DNA of 64,000 nucleotides from Psammoneis japonica (lineage: Eukaryota). The position numbers were made by a program, and so were the translations under genes. The stretch is from the NCBI GenBank assembly GCA_008632985.1, contig QPGO01000022.1, forward strand, positions 682,001 to 746,000, given 5' to 3'. The notes under the pieces were generated by a model that was not told the origin of the DNA, searched no databases, and saw only the letters and a list, made by a program, of their open reading frames with translations. Shown one piece after another: positions 47,691-59,050 of the stretch (its first letter is position 1; every line of letters begins with the position of its first letter).

Positions 47691-47941
47691 GCTGTGAATC
47701 GTGAATCAGATTCGTGAAGTGTGGCGAAACGCTTCCCGACGTCCACCGACCCGCCATAGGCTCAAGCCGCCGCCAACGCGCGCGACGACGTGCGCGATCG
47801 ACCGACTCCTGACTTCCCCGCCTCCGCTCTCCGCTCCTCCCGACTCCTCCCGACACAAGCCACGATGGTGTGAGTGTGAGCTGAACGCTGAGACCCTGAG
47901 AAAGATGTTGCCCGCCGTTGGTTCAGCACTTCCAGCCCGAA

Positions 47942-49593
47942 ATGAAATTCTGCATGTCTCGGCAAGTGGCTGTGGCACTCACTTTGGCACTTCTAAGCAA
48001 TCTATTGGAACCAGTTGCTTCGTTCGTACACTCAGCGACGATTTTCGATTCCGTCAAGAAGTTATCGCAAAGTGGCCGCAATGGATTTATTCCGAAGAGG
48101 TTGAACCTCCTGACGAATGATTCTCCTAATGATAATTTGGTGAAGTCATCTCATGGTGTGTTCTATCAAAGAGTTGGGTTGATCCCGAAGAAGTCAAACC
48201 TCTCGGCAAAAGGTTCTCCTGAAGATGGTAATGATTTCGACGATGCTGCTGAGCCAGATTCAACGTCGCGGTCGTGGATACTGTCCTTGCTTCTCCCTTT
48301 ATGGCTGGTTTATGTGTCAAATCAGTGGAGTAGGTCATCGATATACTATCTGGTTGATTTCTCATCCGGTGACGTCGACTCATTCCGCGCAATGAATGTT
48401 GATTTGAATTTTAGCGAGTCTCAGTATGGATTGTTGGCTTCGGTGGCCTTCACATCGTTGTTTGCTATCGCCTCTTTGGCTGCTGGTGTTGCATCCGATA
48501 GGTACAATCGAAAGGTACTTACTATTGTCAGTGTCGCATCATGGACCGTTGCAACACTCGGCACAGCATTCTCGTCGTCGTACGGTCAAGTGGTCGGGTG
48601 GAGGATTGCGATGGGTTTGGCGTGTGCCTTTTCCACGCCAACAGCTTATACGCTGCTGGCTCAGTTTGTTCCAAAAGAAAGAGCAGCTCTAGCTCTAGTC
48701 TATACGGAACCGGAGTAAGCCTTGGTGGGGGGTTGGCTGCGTTGTCGGTTCTGTTGGATTCGCAATTGGGTTGGCGCAATGCCTTGGTAGCGATAGCGGT
48801 GTTTGGGGTTGCGTCTTGCGCCTTGTCCACAATTCTACTGCCGAATGACCCAAAGGCGGTGGAAGAGAATGACGAGAAAATGGTTCATCAAGAAGAGGCC
48901 TCGTCATCTGTTATTGATGAGGTACTGGCTGTCATGGAATCGCCGAGGGTCAAGTGGCTGTTTCTAGCAAGTTTTTTTCGCTTTTGCTCCGGTCTTTGCA
49001 TTGGAGTTTGGTCGGCACCATATTATCGAATGATGTTTCCAGACAACGAGTCCGACTATGCATTTGCCCAAGCTTTCGTCACTTCTGCATTCGGTATAAC
49101 TAGCGGTTTGTTGGGAGGAGTCGCGGCTGACTGGGTGTCATCTGCTACAGACGATAGCGATGATCCCACCGGAAAAAAGTTGTGGATCCCAGTGGTTGGG
49201 TCTATTTTGGCCGCTCCAGCTTGGTACATGTCAATTCATTCTGTAGAATCGTTTCAAACTGCTATGATCTGGTTAGCAGCAGAGTACCTCGTCGCGGAGG
49301 TATGGTTTGGTCCTACCATCAATGTCCTGCAATCTACAGTCGGTCCAACCATCGGTGGGACTGCGCAAGGTCTTTTTACTCTCACTGGAGCGATTGGAAA
49401 TCTAGCACCAAGTTTACTTGGATTTCTTTACGGGCAGGCAACATCATCTAATACTGATTCTTCTTCCGCTTTGTCGGATCTTCTCTCTACAGGAGTTGTA
49501 GGAGGGTATTTGATATCTGCAATTTGTTTTGCCCTAAGCTCAACAGCATCACCAGAAGGCACAGTTCGTATGTCTAGAGAAATGGATAATTAA
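47942..49593 (+). CDS. MFS transporter (Spinster-like), copy 1, with 1-nt frameshift at ~48692
   Basis: Identical to copy 2 except gctctagctctagt versus gctctagcctctagt, I>V and N-terminal differences. Confidence 0.8.
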
Positions 49594-49680
49594 GAAGTTG
49601 TGGTTGCAGAGACATGGAAAGGTCGACGCATAATCAAATTTTAAAATGACAGTTGGATTTGCGGCAGAAAACCAAGCAAA

Positions 49681-51252
49681 TCACATAATATAATCTTGAA
49701 TGGTTTTCGCGATATCCTCTTCCCCAGTTACACCATCGAAATCAAAATCTTCCCATGTTATCAACTGATACAGTAAAATGTACCTTCTTGCCAACTCGAG
49801 AACTAATTCACGCGGTGCTTCAGGCAGAGTCTCGTCCTCATATGGGTTGCAATGGTCTCGAAACCACAACCGCAAAAATTCCTTGTCGATATTATCCGGC
49901 TCCTTTCCCTCGCTCATGCGTTGTTCGTATGTACTGGCTAGCCAATAACGCGATGAATCCGGTGTGTGTACCTCATCAATCAGTAAGATCTCACCAGTAC
50001 TTTCGTCTTTCCCAAACTCGTATTTGGTGTCGACGAGAATTAAACCGTGGTCTGAAGCTACTTCTTGTCCGAGAGCAAATACCTCTAGAGCGGCTGACGC
50101 GCAAACATCCCAATCTTCTTGTTTCATCCATCCCTCTGCGACGACATCATCTGGAGAAATAGGGCGGTCGTGGTCTTCCTCTTTTGTTGTGGGTGTCAGG
50201 AGGTTCGCCCACAGCTTTTCGTTCTTCGTCAAGCCCTCTGGCAACTCATGACCACAGTAGTTCCGCACTCCATTCTGATAATTCTTCCAGATGGAGGTCG
50301 AAGTGGATCCCGTCACGTAAGAACTACAGAGAGGTAAGAACATTAGTTTGAGTTGCAATCGAACAACAATGATTTTTACTCCTAAGCGAGATGAGCCGAG
50401 CAATGAGGAAACCTACCGGACTATAAATTCAATCGGAAAGGGACTGATGCCATGCGAAAAGGGAGATAAGAAATGAGTGGTAGGCAATGAAAAACTGTTT
50501 CCAGCCAATAAGAAATAACTTACTTGCACCGTTTCACAATGCTCACGTTGGAATGAGGTACCGCCACGAGATGGTTCGGAATAATGTGCTTCGTCTTTTC
50601 AAACCAAAAGGCGCTAGTCAAGTTCAACACTGCTCCCTTGTAAGGCACGGATGCCAAGTGTCGATCGAACCCTGATTGGCGGTCCGTCGTCACCAATACC
50701 ATTGCACCAGCACCAGCATACCGATCACGAACCTTTCCCCTCATCCGCTCTGGCAACGCGGCTCCAGCAATGTTGTCGCCGGTGATTTGATCATTTCTAT
50801 CGTATGCCTGTGCAATGGCTTGAGCGTACTTAGGAGATTTCGTCTGCAGCTGAGCATCATCGACCAGACGGCTCTGCTTGCGTTTTGCAAGAGACTCGCG
50901 TAGACACCGTCGAACCTGCTCATCCGCAAGCCCACACCATTTGGCGATTTCCAACGCTGCGTCGTGAGAAGGTTCTTTGATTTTCAACACTGGTACAGGA
51001 GTTTCATTCTCCAACGCCGATATTAATCGTGAACCTTGTTCCGAAGCAGTGCCAAGGTACACACACAACGCTGCTCGTTCTTGATTTTTAGCCAAACGCT
51101 CGAAAGGAATACTTGCAGATCGAACGCTCGAATCGAACAGGCCGAATTCCGACGCCAACTCGGTACAAATAGTATGTGCTGTGGCGATGAGGTCCTCTTC
51201 CTCCAGCCATGTCGATAACCGCAACCAGGAAAACCTTGGGAGCCGACGTCAT
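49681..51252 (-). CDS. purC: SAICAR synthase, copy 1 (frameshifted near the start codon)
   Basis: RGKVRDRY, TTDRQSGFD, PFPIEFIVR (27-nt exon 50417-50443), YVTGST, LTPTTK, LVDTKYEFG, IDEVHTPDSSRYW, DKEFLR. Confidence 0.88.
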
Positions 51253-51365
51253 GGTGAGAGCGCAAACTGCTGTACCGGGTACGCTCGCGCAGCGCACGAA
51301 AGATTGCTGTTGGCTTGGATGGAACGCGCGAAATGTTATGTACGTGCGTGGCTGGCCGGGTTCGA

Positions 51366-51814
51366 CCCCATGTTTATGTGTTCTTAAAATCGATAGTGGA
51401 CAAATCGACCCCTACCATAAACTCCTGGTAGATTTGTCCACCCCATGTTTATGTGTTCTTAAAATCGATAGTGGACAAATCGACCCCCACCATAAACTCC
51501 TGGTAGATTTGTCCACCCCATGTTTATGTGTTCTTAAAATCGATAGTGGACAAATCGACCCCCACCATAAACTCCTGGTCAATTTGTCCACCCCATGTTT
51601 ATGTGTTCTTAAAATCGATAGTGGACAAATCGACCCCCACCATAAACTCCTGGTAGATTTGTCCACCCCATGTTTATGTGTTCTTAAAATCGATAGTGGA
51701 CAAATCGACCCCCACCATAAACTCCTGGTAGATTTGTCCACCCCATGTTTATGTGTTCTTAATATCGATAGTGGACAAATCGACCCCCACCATAAACTCC
51801 TGGTCAATTTGTCC
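51366..51814. repeat. Six tandem copies of a 75-bp unit, each with an internal inverted repeat
   Basis: Units start at 51366, 51441, 51516, 51591, 51666 and 51741; stem tggacaaatcgacc ... ggtagatttgtcca around a 16-nt loop. Confidence 0.97.
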
Positions 51815-51904
51815 GAACCATGCCGGCGCGCTTGCTAGTCCCCTATTACGCTACCGTATACCCGCCCTGACGCACATCATCACTGACCGGCCGTCTGACC
51901 TGAA

Positions 51905-52834
51905 ATGGCACCTGTAGAGTGTTATAAGCAAGATGATGGACGATCCCTTGATGACTTTGATCCTCGCAACTACGTGTATGGGGCTGATGAAGAAGCGGAA
52001 GAAGTTGTTTATCCGGAGGAACTCGATGCGACAAAGATCGAAACGAATGTCTACGAACGTAAGTTGTCATTGAACCTCAGTCAAGACGTCAACCACTGTA
52101 ACTTTCAAGTTTATCCGGAGGAACTCGGTTCAACAAACAACGAAACGAGTGTCTACGAACAAAAGTTGTCATTGAACCTCAGTCAAGACGTCAACCACAG
52201 TAACTTTCAAGCATCCCAGCAGCACCTGCCTGCTTCTTCATTGCAACCGCGACGGCTAGAAAACGGCAACGTGCGCAGCCCATACCGCGTCAGAGTCACA
52301 ACCAATACGACGACTCGCAGGCCCAAGATTATTCTGGTAACGAGGAAGAAGATATTTTTGCTTCAGTGAGGTCGTTTCTGAAAAACCAACAAGCTCCAGA
52401 CATACCGTGTGTCGCTAAGGGAGCAATTCCAACACCAGAAGTAAATGCAACTAACGATGCTTCCTCCTCAGTCCCGGACTCTCAAGTGGCAAATGCGGAC
52501 ACCATGACAGAAGTCGTCGCTCAACAAGAAAAACAGGATCCTGTCGACGAAGAAAAGGTAAAAGAACTTGATACGAATCCACTTTACGCGAGGAAAATGC
52601 ATGGCTTTAATCCAGAACATCAGGCAACCACCGACCAATCCTATTCACCGGAGCTTGAAAGAACCAGGGAGCGCTTTCATGGAAACAAAGACAGATGGAA
52701 ACCAGTAGTGCATTCCAAAGAACAAAGAAGCTCAGTCAGAGGACAACGAATGAGTTCAATTCAAACAAGCAAGTCCAAGGATGGAAAGAAGCGTAGAGAA
52801 ACGGGTGCGGGATCGATATGCGATAGTGTGCATA
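51905..52834 (+). other. Acidic low-complexity gene fragment with a 102-bp internal duplication, cut off by the duplication junction
   Basis: ORFs 51905..52369 and 52366..; repeat units at 52007 and 52109; the frame runs into copy 2 without its own stop. Confidence 0.45.
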
Positions 52835-52855
52835 CAGCACTTCCAGCTCGAAATA

Positions 52856-54511
52856 ATGAAATACTGCATGTCTCGTCGGCAAGTGGCTGTGGCACTCACT
52901 TTGGCACTTCTAAGCAATCTATTGGAACCAGTTGCTTCGTTCGTACACTCAGCGACGATTTTCGATTCCGTCAAGAAGTTATCGCAAAGTGGCCGCAATG
53001 GATTTATTCCGAGGAGGTTGAACCTCCTGACGAATGATTCTCCTAATGATAATTTGGTGAAGTCATCTCATGGTGTGTTCTATCAAAGAGTTGGGTTGAT
53101 CCCGAAGAAGTCAAACCTCTCGGCAAAAGGTTCTCCTGAAGATGGTAATGATTTCGACGATGCTGCTGAGCCAGATTCAACGTCGCGGTCGTGGATACTG
53201 TCCTTGCTTCTCCCTTTATGGCTGGTTTATGTGTCAAATCAGTGGAGTAGGTCATCGATATACTATCTGGTTGATTTCTCATCCGGTGACGTCGACTCAT
53301 TCCGCGCAATGAATGTTGATTTGAATTTTAGCGAGTCTCAGTATGGATTGTTGGCTTCGGTGGCCTTCACATCGTTGTTTGCTATCGCCTCTTTGGCTGC
53401 TGGTGTTGCATCCGATAGGTACAATCGAAAGGTACTTACTATTGTCAGTGTCGCATCATGGACCGTTGCAACACTCGGCACAGCATTCTCGTCGTCGTAC
53501 GGTCAAGTGGTCGGGTGGAGGATTGCGATGGGTTTGGCGTGTGCCTTTTCCACGCCAACAGCTTATACGCTGCTGGCTCAGTTTGTTCCAAAAGAAAGAG
53601 CAGCTCTAGCCTCTAGTCTATACGGAACCGGAGTAAGCCTTGGTGGGGGGTTGGCTGCGTTGTCGGTTCTGTTGGATTCGCAATTGGGTTGGCGCAATGC
53701 CTTGGTAGCGATAGCGGTGTTTGGGGTTGCGTCTTGCGCCTTGTCCACAATTCTACTGCCGAATGACCCAAAGGCGGTGGAAGAGAATGACGAGAAAATG
53801 GTTCATCAAGAAGAGGCCTCGTCATCTGTTATTGATGAGGTACTGGCTGTCATGGAATCGCCGAGGGTCAAGTGGCTGTTTCTAGCAAGTTTTTTTCGCT
53901 TTTGCTCCGGTCTTTGCATTGGAGTTTGGTCGGCACCATATTATCGAATGATGTTTCCAGACAACGAGTCCGACTATGCATTTGCCCAAGCTTTCATCAC
54001 TTCTGCATTCGGTATAACTAGCGGTTTGTTGGGAGGAGTCGCGGCTGACTGGGTGTCATCTGCTACAGACGATAGCGATGATCCCACCGGAAAAAAGTTG
54101 TGGATCCCAGTGGTTGGGTCTATTTTGGCCGCTCCAGCTTGGTACATGTCAATTCATTCTGTAGAATCGTTTCAAACTGCTATGATCTGGTTAGCAGCAG
54201 AGTACCTCGTCGCGGAGGTATGGTTTGGTCCTACCATCAATGTCCTGCAATCTACAGTCGGTCCAACCATCGGTGGGACTGCGCAAGGTCTTTTTACTCT
54301 CACTGGAGCGATTGGAAATCTAGCACCAAGTTTACTTGGATTTCTTTACGGGCAGGCAACATCATCTAATACTGATTCTTCTTCCGCTTTGTCGGATCTT
54401 CTCTCTACAGGAGTTGTAGGAGGGTATTTGATATCTGCAATTTGTTTTGCCCTAAGCTCAACAGCATCACCAGAAGGCACAGTTCGTATGTCTAGAGAAA
54501 TGGATAATTAA
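52856..54511 (+). CDS. MFS transporter (Spinster-like), copy 2, intact; signal peptide + ASF suggests plastid targeting
   Basis: Motif A GVASDRYNRK, WRIAMGLACA, ~12 TM segments, N-terminus ...LEPVASFV. Confidence 0.9.
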   Translation: MKYCMSRRQVAVALTLALLSNLLEPVASFVHSATIFDSVKKLSQSGRNGFIPRRLNLLTNDSPNDNLVKSSHGVFYQRVGLIPKKSNLSAKGSPEDGNDFDDAAEPDSTSRSWILSLLLPLWLVYVSNQWSRSSIYYLVDFSSGDVDSFRAMNVDLNFSESQYGLLASVAFTSLFAIASLAAGVASDRYNRKVLTIVSVASWTVATLGTAFSSSYGQVVGWRIAMGLACAFSTPTAYTLLAQFVPKERAALASSLYGTGVSLGGGLAALSVLLDSQLGWRNALVAIAVFGVASCALSTILLPNDPKAVEENDEKMVHQEEASSSVIDEVLAVMESPRVKWLFLASFFRFCSGLCIGVWSAPYYRMMFPDNESDYAFAQAFITSAFGITSGLLGGVAADWVSSATDDSDDPTGKKLWIPVVGSILAAPAWYMSIHSVESFQTAMIWLAAEYLVAEVWFGPTINVLQSTVGPTIGGTAQGLFTLTGAIGNLAPSLLGFLYGQATSSNTDSSSALSDLLSTGVVGGYLISAICFALSSTASPEGTVRMSREMDN

Positions 54512-54551
54512 GAAGTTGTGGTTGCAGAGACATGGAAAGGTCGACGCATAA

Positions 54552-56117
54552 TCACATAATATAATCTTGAATGGTTTTCGCGATATCCTCTTCCCCAGTT
54601 ACACCATCGAAATCAAAATCTTCCCATGTTATCAACTGATACAGTAAAATGTACCTTCTTGCCAACTCGAGAACTAATTCACGCGGTGCTTCAGGCAGAG
54701 TCTCGTCCTCATATGGGTTGCAATGGTCTCGAAACCACAACCGCAAAAATTCCTTGTCGATATTATCCGGCTCCTTTCCCTCGCTCATGCGTTGTTCGTA
54801 TGTACTGGCTAGCCAATAACGCGATGAATCCGGTGTGTGTACCTCATCAATCAGTAAGATCTCACCAGTACTTTCGTCTTTCCCAAACTCGTATTTGGTG
54901 TCGACGAGAATTAAACCGTGGTCTGAAGCTACTTCTTGTCCGAGAGCAAATACCTCTAGAGCGGCTGACGCGCAAACATCCCAATCTTCTTGTTTCATCC
55001 ATCCCTCTGCGACGACATCATCTGGAGAAATAGGGCGGTCGTGGTCTTCCTCTTTCGTTGTGGGTGTCAGGAGGTTCGCCCACAGCTTTTCGTTCTTCGT
55101 CAAGCCCTCTGGCAACTCATGACCGCAGTAGTTCCGCACTCCGTTCTGATAATTCTTCCAGATGGAGGTCGAAGTGGATCCCGTCACGTAAGAACTACAG
55201 AGAGGTAAGAACATTAGTATGAAACTGAGTTGCAATCGAACAAAATGATTTTTACTCCTACGCGAGATGAGCCGAGCAATGAGGAAACCTACCGGACAAC
55301 AAATTCAATCGGAAACGGACTGATGCCATGCGAAAAGGGAGATAAGAAATGAGTGTAGGCAATGAAAAACTGTTTCCAGCCAATAAGAAATAACTTACTT
55401 GCACCGTTTCACAATGCTCACGTTGGAATGAGGTACCGCCACGAGATGGTTCGGAATAATGTGCTTTGTCTTTTCAAACCAAAAGGCGCTAGTCAAGTTC
55501 AACACTGCTCCCTTGTAAGGCACGGATGCCAAGTGTCGATCGAACCCTGATTGGCGGTCCGTCGTCACCAATGCCATTGCACCAGCACCAGCATACCGAT
55601 CACGAACCTTTCCCCTCATCCGCTCTGGCAACGCTGCTCCAGCAATGTTGTCGCCGGTGATTTGATCATTTCTATCGTATGCCTGTGCAATGGCTTGAGC
55701 GTACTTAGGAGATTTCGTCTGCAGCTGAGCATCATCGACCAGACGGCTCTGCTTGCGTTTTGCAAGAGACTCGCGTAGACACCGTCGAACCTGCTCATCC
55801 GCAAGCCCACACCATTTGGCGATTTCCAACGCTGCGTCGTGAGAAGGTTCTTTGATTTTCAACACTGGTACAGGAGTTTCATTCTCCAACGCCGATATTA
55901 ATCGTGAACCTTGTTCCGAAGCAGTGCCAAGGTACACACACAACTCTGCTCGTTCTTGAGTTTTAGCCAAACGCTCGAAAGGAATACTCGCAGATCGAAC
56001 GCTCGAATCAAACAGGCCGAATTCCGACGCCAACTCGGTACAAACAGCATGTGCTGTGGCGATGAGGTCCTCATCCTCCATGTCGATAAGCAGGAAAACC
56101 TTGGGAGCCGACGTCAT
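54552..56117 (-). CDS. purC: SAICAR synthase, copy 2, intact, with N-terminal PurE-like extension
   Basis: Same motifs as copy 1; three exons including the 27-nt exon 55293-55319 (PFPIEFVVR). Confidence 0.93.
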
Positions 56118-58129
56118 GGTGAGAGCGCAAACTATTGAATGAACCGCTCGCAGCGCTCGAGCACAGCGCCATGAGCTATCAGCTATCAGAATCCAGAAAA
56201 AGGGTACCTTACAGTTAATATAATGAATGAATGAAGCGTTGTCATAAATGGTCTGTTGTCGTCCGCGAGTTGTCTACTTCGGCACGTTCGGCAGACATCA
56301 TGACGAAGCCAAGCAAAAGCAGACGATGACGCCTCCTCTAACACTTTCTTCTACACAGACTCAGTGCTTCCACACATGGGCTCTTCGTTTCTCTGACAGT
56401 GAATGCCAACATCACCTCATTGCTTTTTTGTGCTTGAAAAGACCTGCACACATGACTGCCTGGTGGCAGTGTGGTGTGTGGCTGGTGCTGCTGCTGGTGT
56501 GCGGGCTGCTGGTGTGTGCTTGAGTCTTTTTGTTTTGATGGCAAACACTGGCATCACCATGAAATTTTTCAATTAAAAAGTCCTGCTCACACCACCCATG
56601 TGGGCCATGTGAAGATTTCTTGCCAGGAGCCACAGGAGCCACATCATGTCAGACACAATGTGCTGCAGCTTGCTCACGGCACAAAGCCCACCACCAGCAA
56701 AGTCGCGATCTGAGGATGTCTGGCCATTTCCACACCACGGGATTTTTTCTCCTGAATGCAAAAACGTCCTGTCTGACATGCATCATTTCCCATTGACAGC
56801 TGCACAAACAATGTCTGCAAGTCACATTTTCCACTGGTTGGGTGGGGCCCGTTGATGCTTGCACAAACAACATCTGCGAGCCACTCTTCCCCACTGGTTG
56901 GGTGGGAAAACTCTTGCCTGCAGTGGCTGCCATGACCTGTTTGACATGCAGCCCATTTTGCTGGCAGGGACAGGAAAAACCTTGGTCAATCACTTTGTTG
57001 CTGCAAATCATTTTTGCAAGTGCGCTTTGTCGGAGCATCCTCTGTCTGCAATCATCAATTGTCCAAACCAATGACCTCACCAGTTTGATTTGTGTGGTCA
57101 CCAGCACAGCCTTTTCTTTGCTCTCTTTTTGGGTTTCTTTCTCTGTTGGCCCCACCTGCCACAGCATTTTGTTTCTCTTGTTGCTCCTTGTCATCACACC
57201 CAGCCCCTCATCTCTGCTGTTCCAACGATGACCACACACACTCTCCTGTGGTTGCTCTTGCATCTTGTCATTGTTTCCATTTTGCCGCTGTTGTGTGATC
57301 ACTCTCCCAACCTTCCAGCAAGCTTTTTGCTGCTGTCTGCTTCCAACCCATTCTTCCAGCCTTCCAAGCCTTCTTGTTTTCTCCATGCATTTGTCATCAC
57401 CTTTGCCTCTTTCCCGTTGCTTGAGTGAGGCTGTCACACTCACAAGTGCCCCCCCCCCCCTTTTTTTTGAAAAATGGTGCAATGATGACAACGGCACAAA
57501 GCACTCATGTGTTCAATTTTTTTGTGAGTTGCTGAGTGTGGCAGCAGTGCTGTGACTCACCAGATGATGAAGCTGTGGAGGACAAGGAAGACAATTTTGT
57601 AGGTTGATTGCTTGTGCATTGCATTTTGGCATTTTTGTGGCAGCTGCACTGGCTGCTCCTCTGAGCTCAATTCAGCATGCCAGAATTTTCAATTTTTTTG
57701 TGATTCTCATTTGTTTTTGCATGCCAGCATGTGATTTGAAAACCAGCTTTTTTCAATGATGTTGCATGCAAAAAGAAGCCAAGCATGTCAGACACATGAT
57801 GCACAGTCAACCATGAGCATGTGTGTTGACCTTCCACTCAACAAAGTTTTCAAGTGGAGCACCACCCAACTCAGCACCAAATTGCAGAAAGCCAAAGTTT
57901 TTTCAACCTTCCAAGACTGGAAACCTGTCATGCATGGCAATGTTGCTCAGGACTCCACTGCACAACAATTTGCCAATCCTTGCTCAGGAGTGGCACTGCT
58001 CACAACACAACTCATCAACTTGTCAACCCTTTCTCAGGAGCAGCGCTGCTCACACAACAAGTCATCAACCTTTGCTCAGGATGCATTGAATGGGGCTGTT
58101 CTGTTCCCAAAACAGCACATGGCACTGAG

Positions 58130-59050
58130 GTTGGCAGGGTCAATCTCTTGCCCATGCAGCTGCTTGTTGCCTGTGTGTCTGGGGGGGAGGCTTGAAATTT
58201 GGTGCTGGCTGTGGTGCTGAAGAGATCAAAACAGAGTGTGGCACCAGCTGAGCAACTGCAGGCTGGACCCCAGAGGCTTGATTTGGGGGTCTTTTGTGGG
58301 TGCCAGGAAACACTTTGACAGTCATGAGCACAGTCATGGAGGACAGAGCTGCTGGATCCATCACTTGCCTGCCTGCATGTCCAGGAGAGGAAACTTGAAA
58401 TTTGGTGCCAGCAGAGCTTTGGTGCCAGAGGTTGCAGCAACTAAACAACTGCACGCAAAAGGTCCAAGGGCCTTTGGCAGGTGCCAGGCAATGCTTCAAG
58501 AGCTGTGGTGGCAAGAGACAGTTCCAGGGCCAATCTTTTGGCCATGCAGTCCACTCTCACCAACATGTCTGGAGGAGGAACAAGCTTGAACTTTGATGGA
58601 CCAGCTGCACAGTGCTGGAGGTCAAAACAGGGCACACCAGCCAAACAGGCAACTGTGGACCACCCAAAGGGTCTCAGGTTTTTTGGTGGGCACTGGGTCA
58701 CACTTTCTTGAGAGCTGTTGCAGCTCCTCTGGCTGACCTTTTGTCCATGCAGCCCATTCTCACCTGCCTCCTGTCTGGTGGTGGAGGAAACTTGAAATTT
58801 GACCCTGGATGTGTGGTGCCAGAGGTTGGGGTGGGTGCACCAGCCAAGCTGTGCTGCAGGCTGATGGATCCAAATGTCTTTGGTGGGTTTTGAGAGCTGT
58901 GGTGGACAGCTGCAGGTTCAGTGTCTTGCCCATGCAGCCCATTCTCACCTGTGTGACTGGGTGGGGGACTTGAAATTTGATGCACCAGCTGTGGTGCTGG
59001 AGGTTAAAATGGAGCACACCAACCAAGAAGCAGCTGCAGGAGGCCAACAA
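58130..59050. repeat. Degenerate ~195-200-bp tandem repeat, about 5 copies
   Basis: cttgaa(a/c)tttg...gtgc(c/t).gaggt recurs at ~58190, 58394, 58586, 58791 and 58969. Confidence 0.65.

Larger units (their letters stand above)
47924..51268. repeat. Copy 1 of a ~3.3-kb direct segmental duplication
   Basis: Near-identical to 52835..56133, from cagcacttccagc to gagagcgcaaact. Confidence 0.95.
52835..56133. repeat. Copy 2 of the ~3.3-kb direct segmental duplication
   Basis: Matches 47924..51268 with scattered substitutions and a 47-bp intergenic deletion at aatca microhomology. Confidence 0.95.

Noticed and set aside
51366..51814. CRISPR-like array
   Set aside because: The units are near-identical along their whole length with no unique spacers, there are no cas genes, and the context is eukaryotic.
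51209..51838. 209-aa repeat protein ORF
   Set aside because: It is open only because the 75-bp unit is a multiple of 3 and stop-free; it also overlaps the purC start antisense.
11817..56117. Purine biosynthesis cluster (purB with purC)
   Set aside because: The genes are more than 36 kb apart with many unrelated genes between them; likely coincidence.
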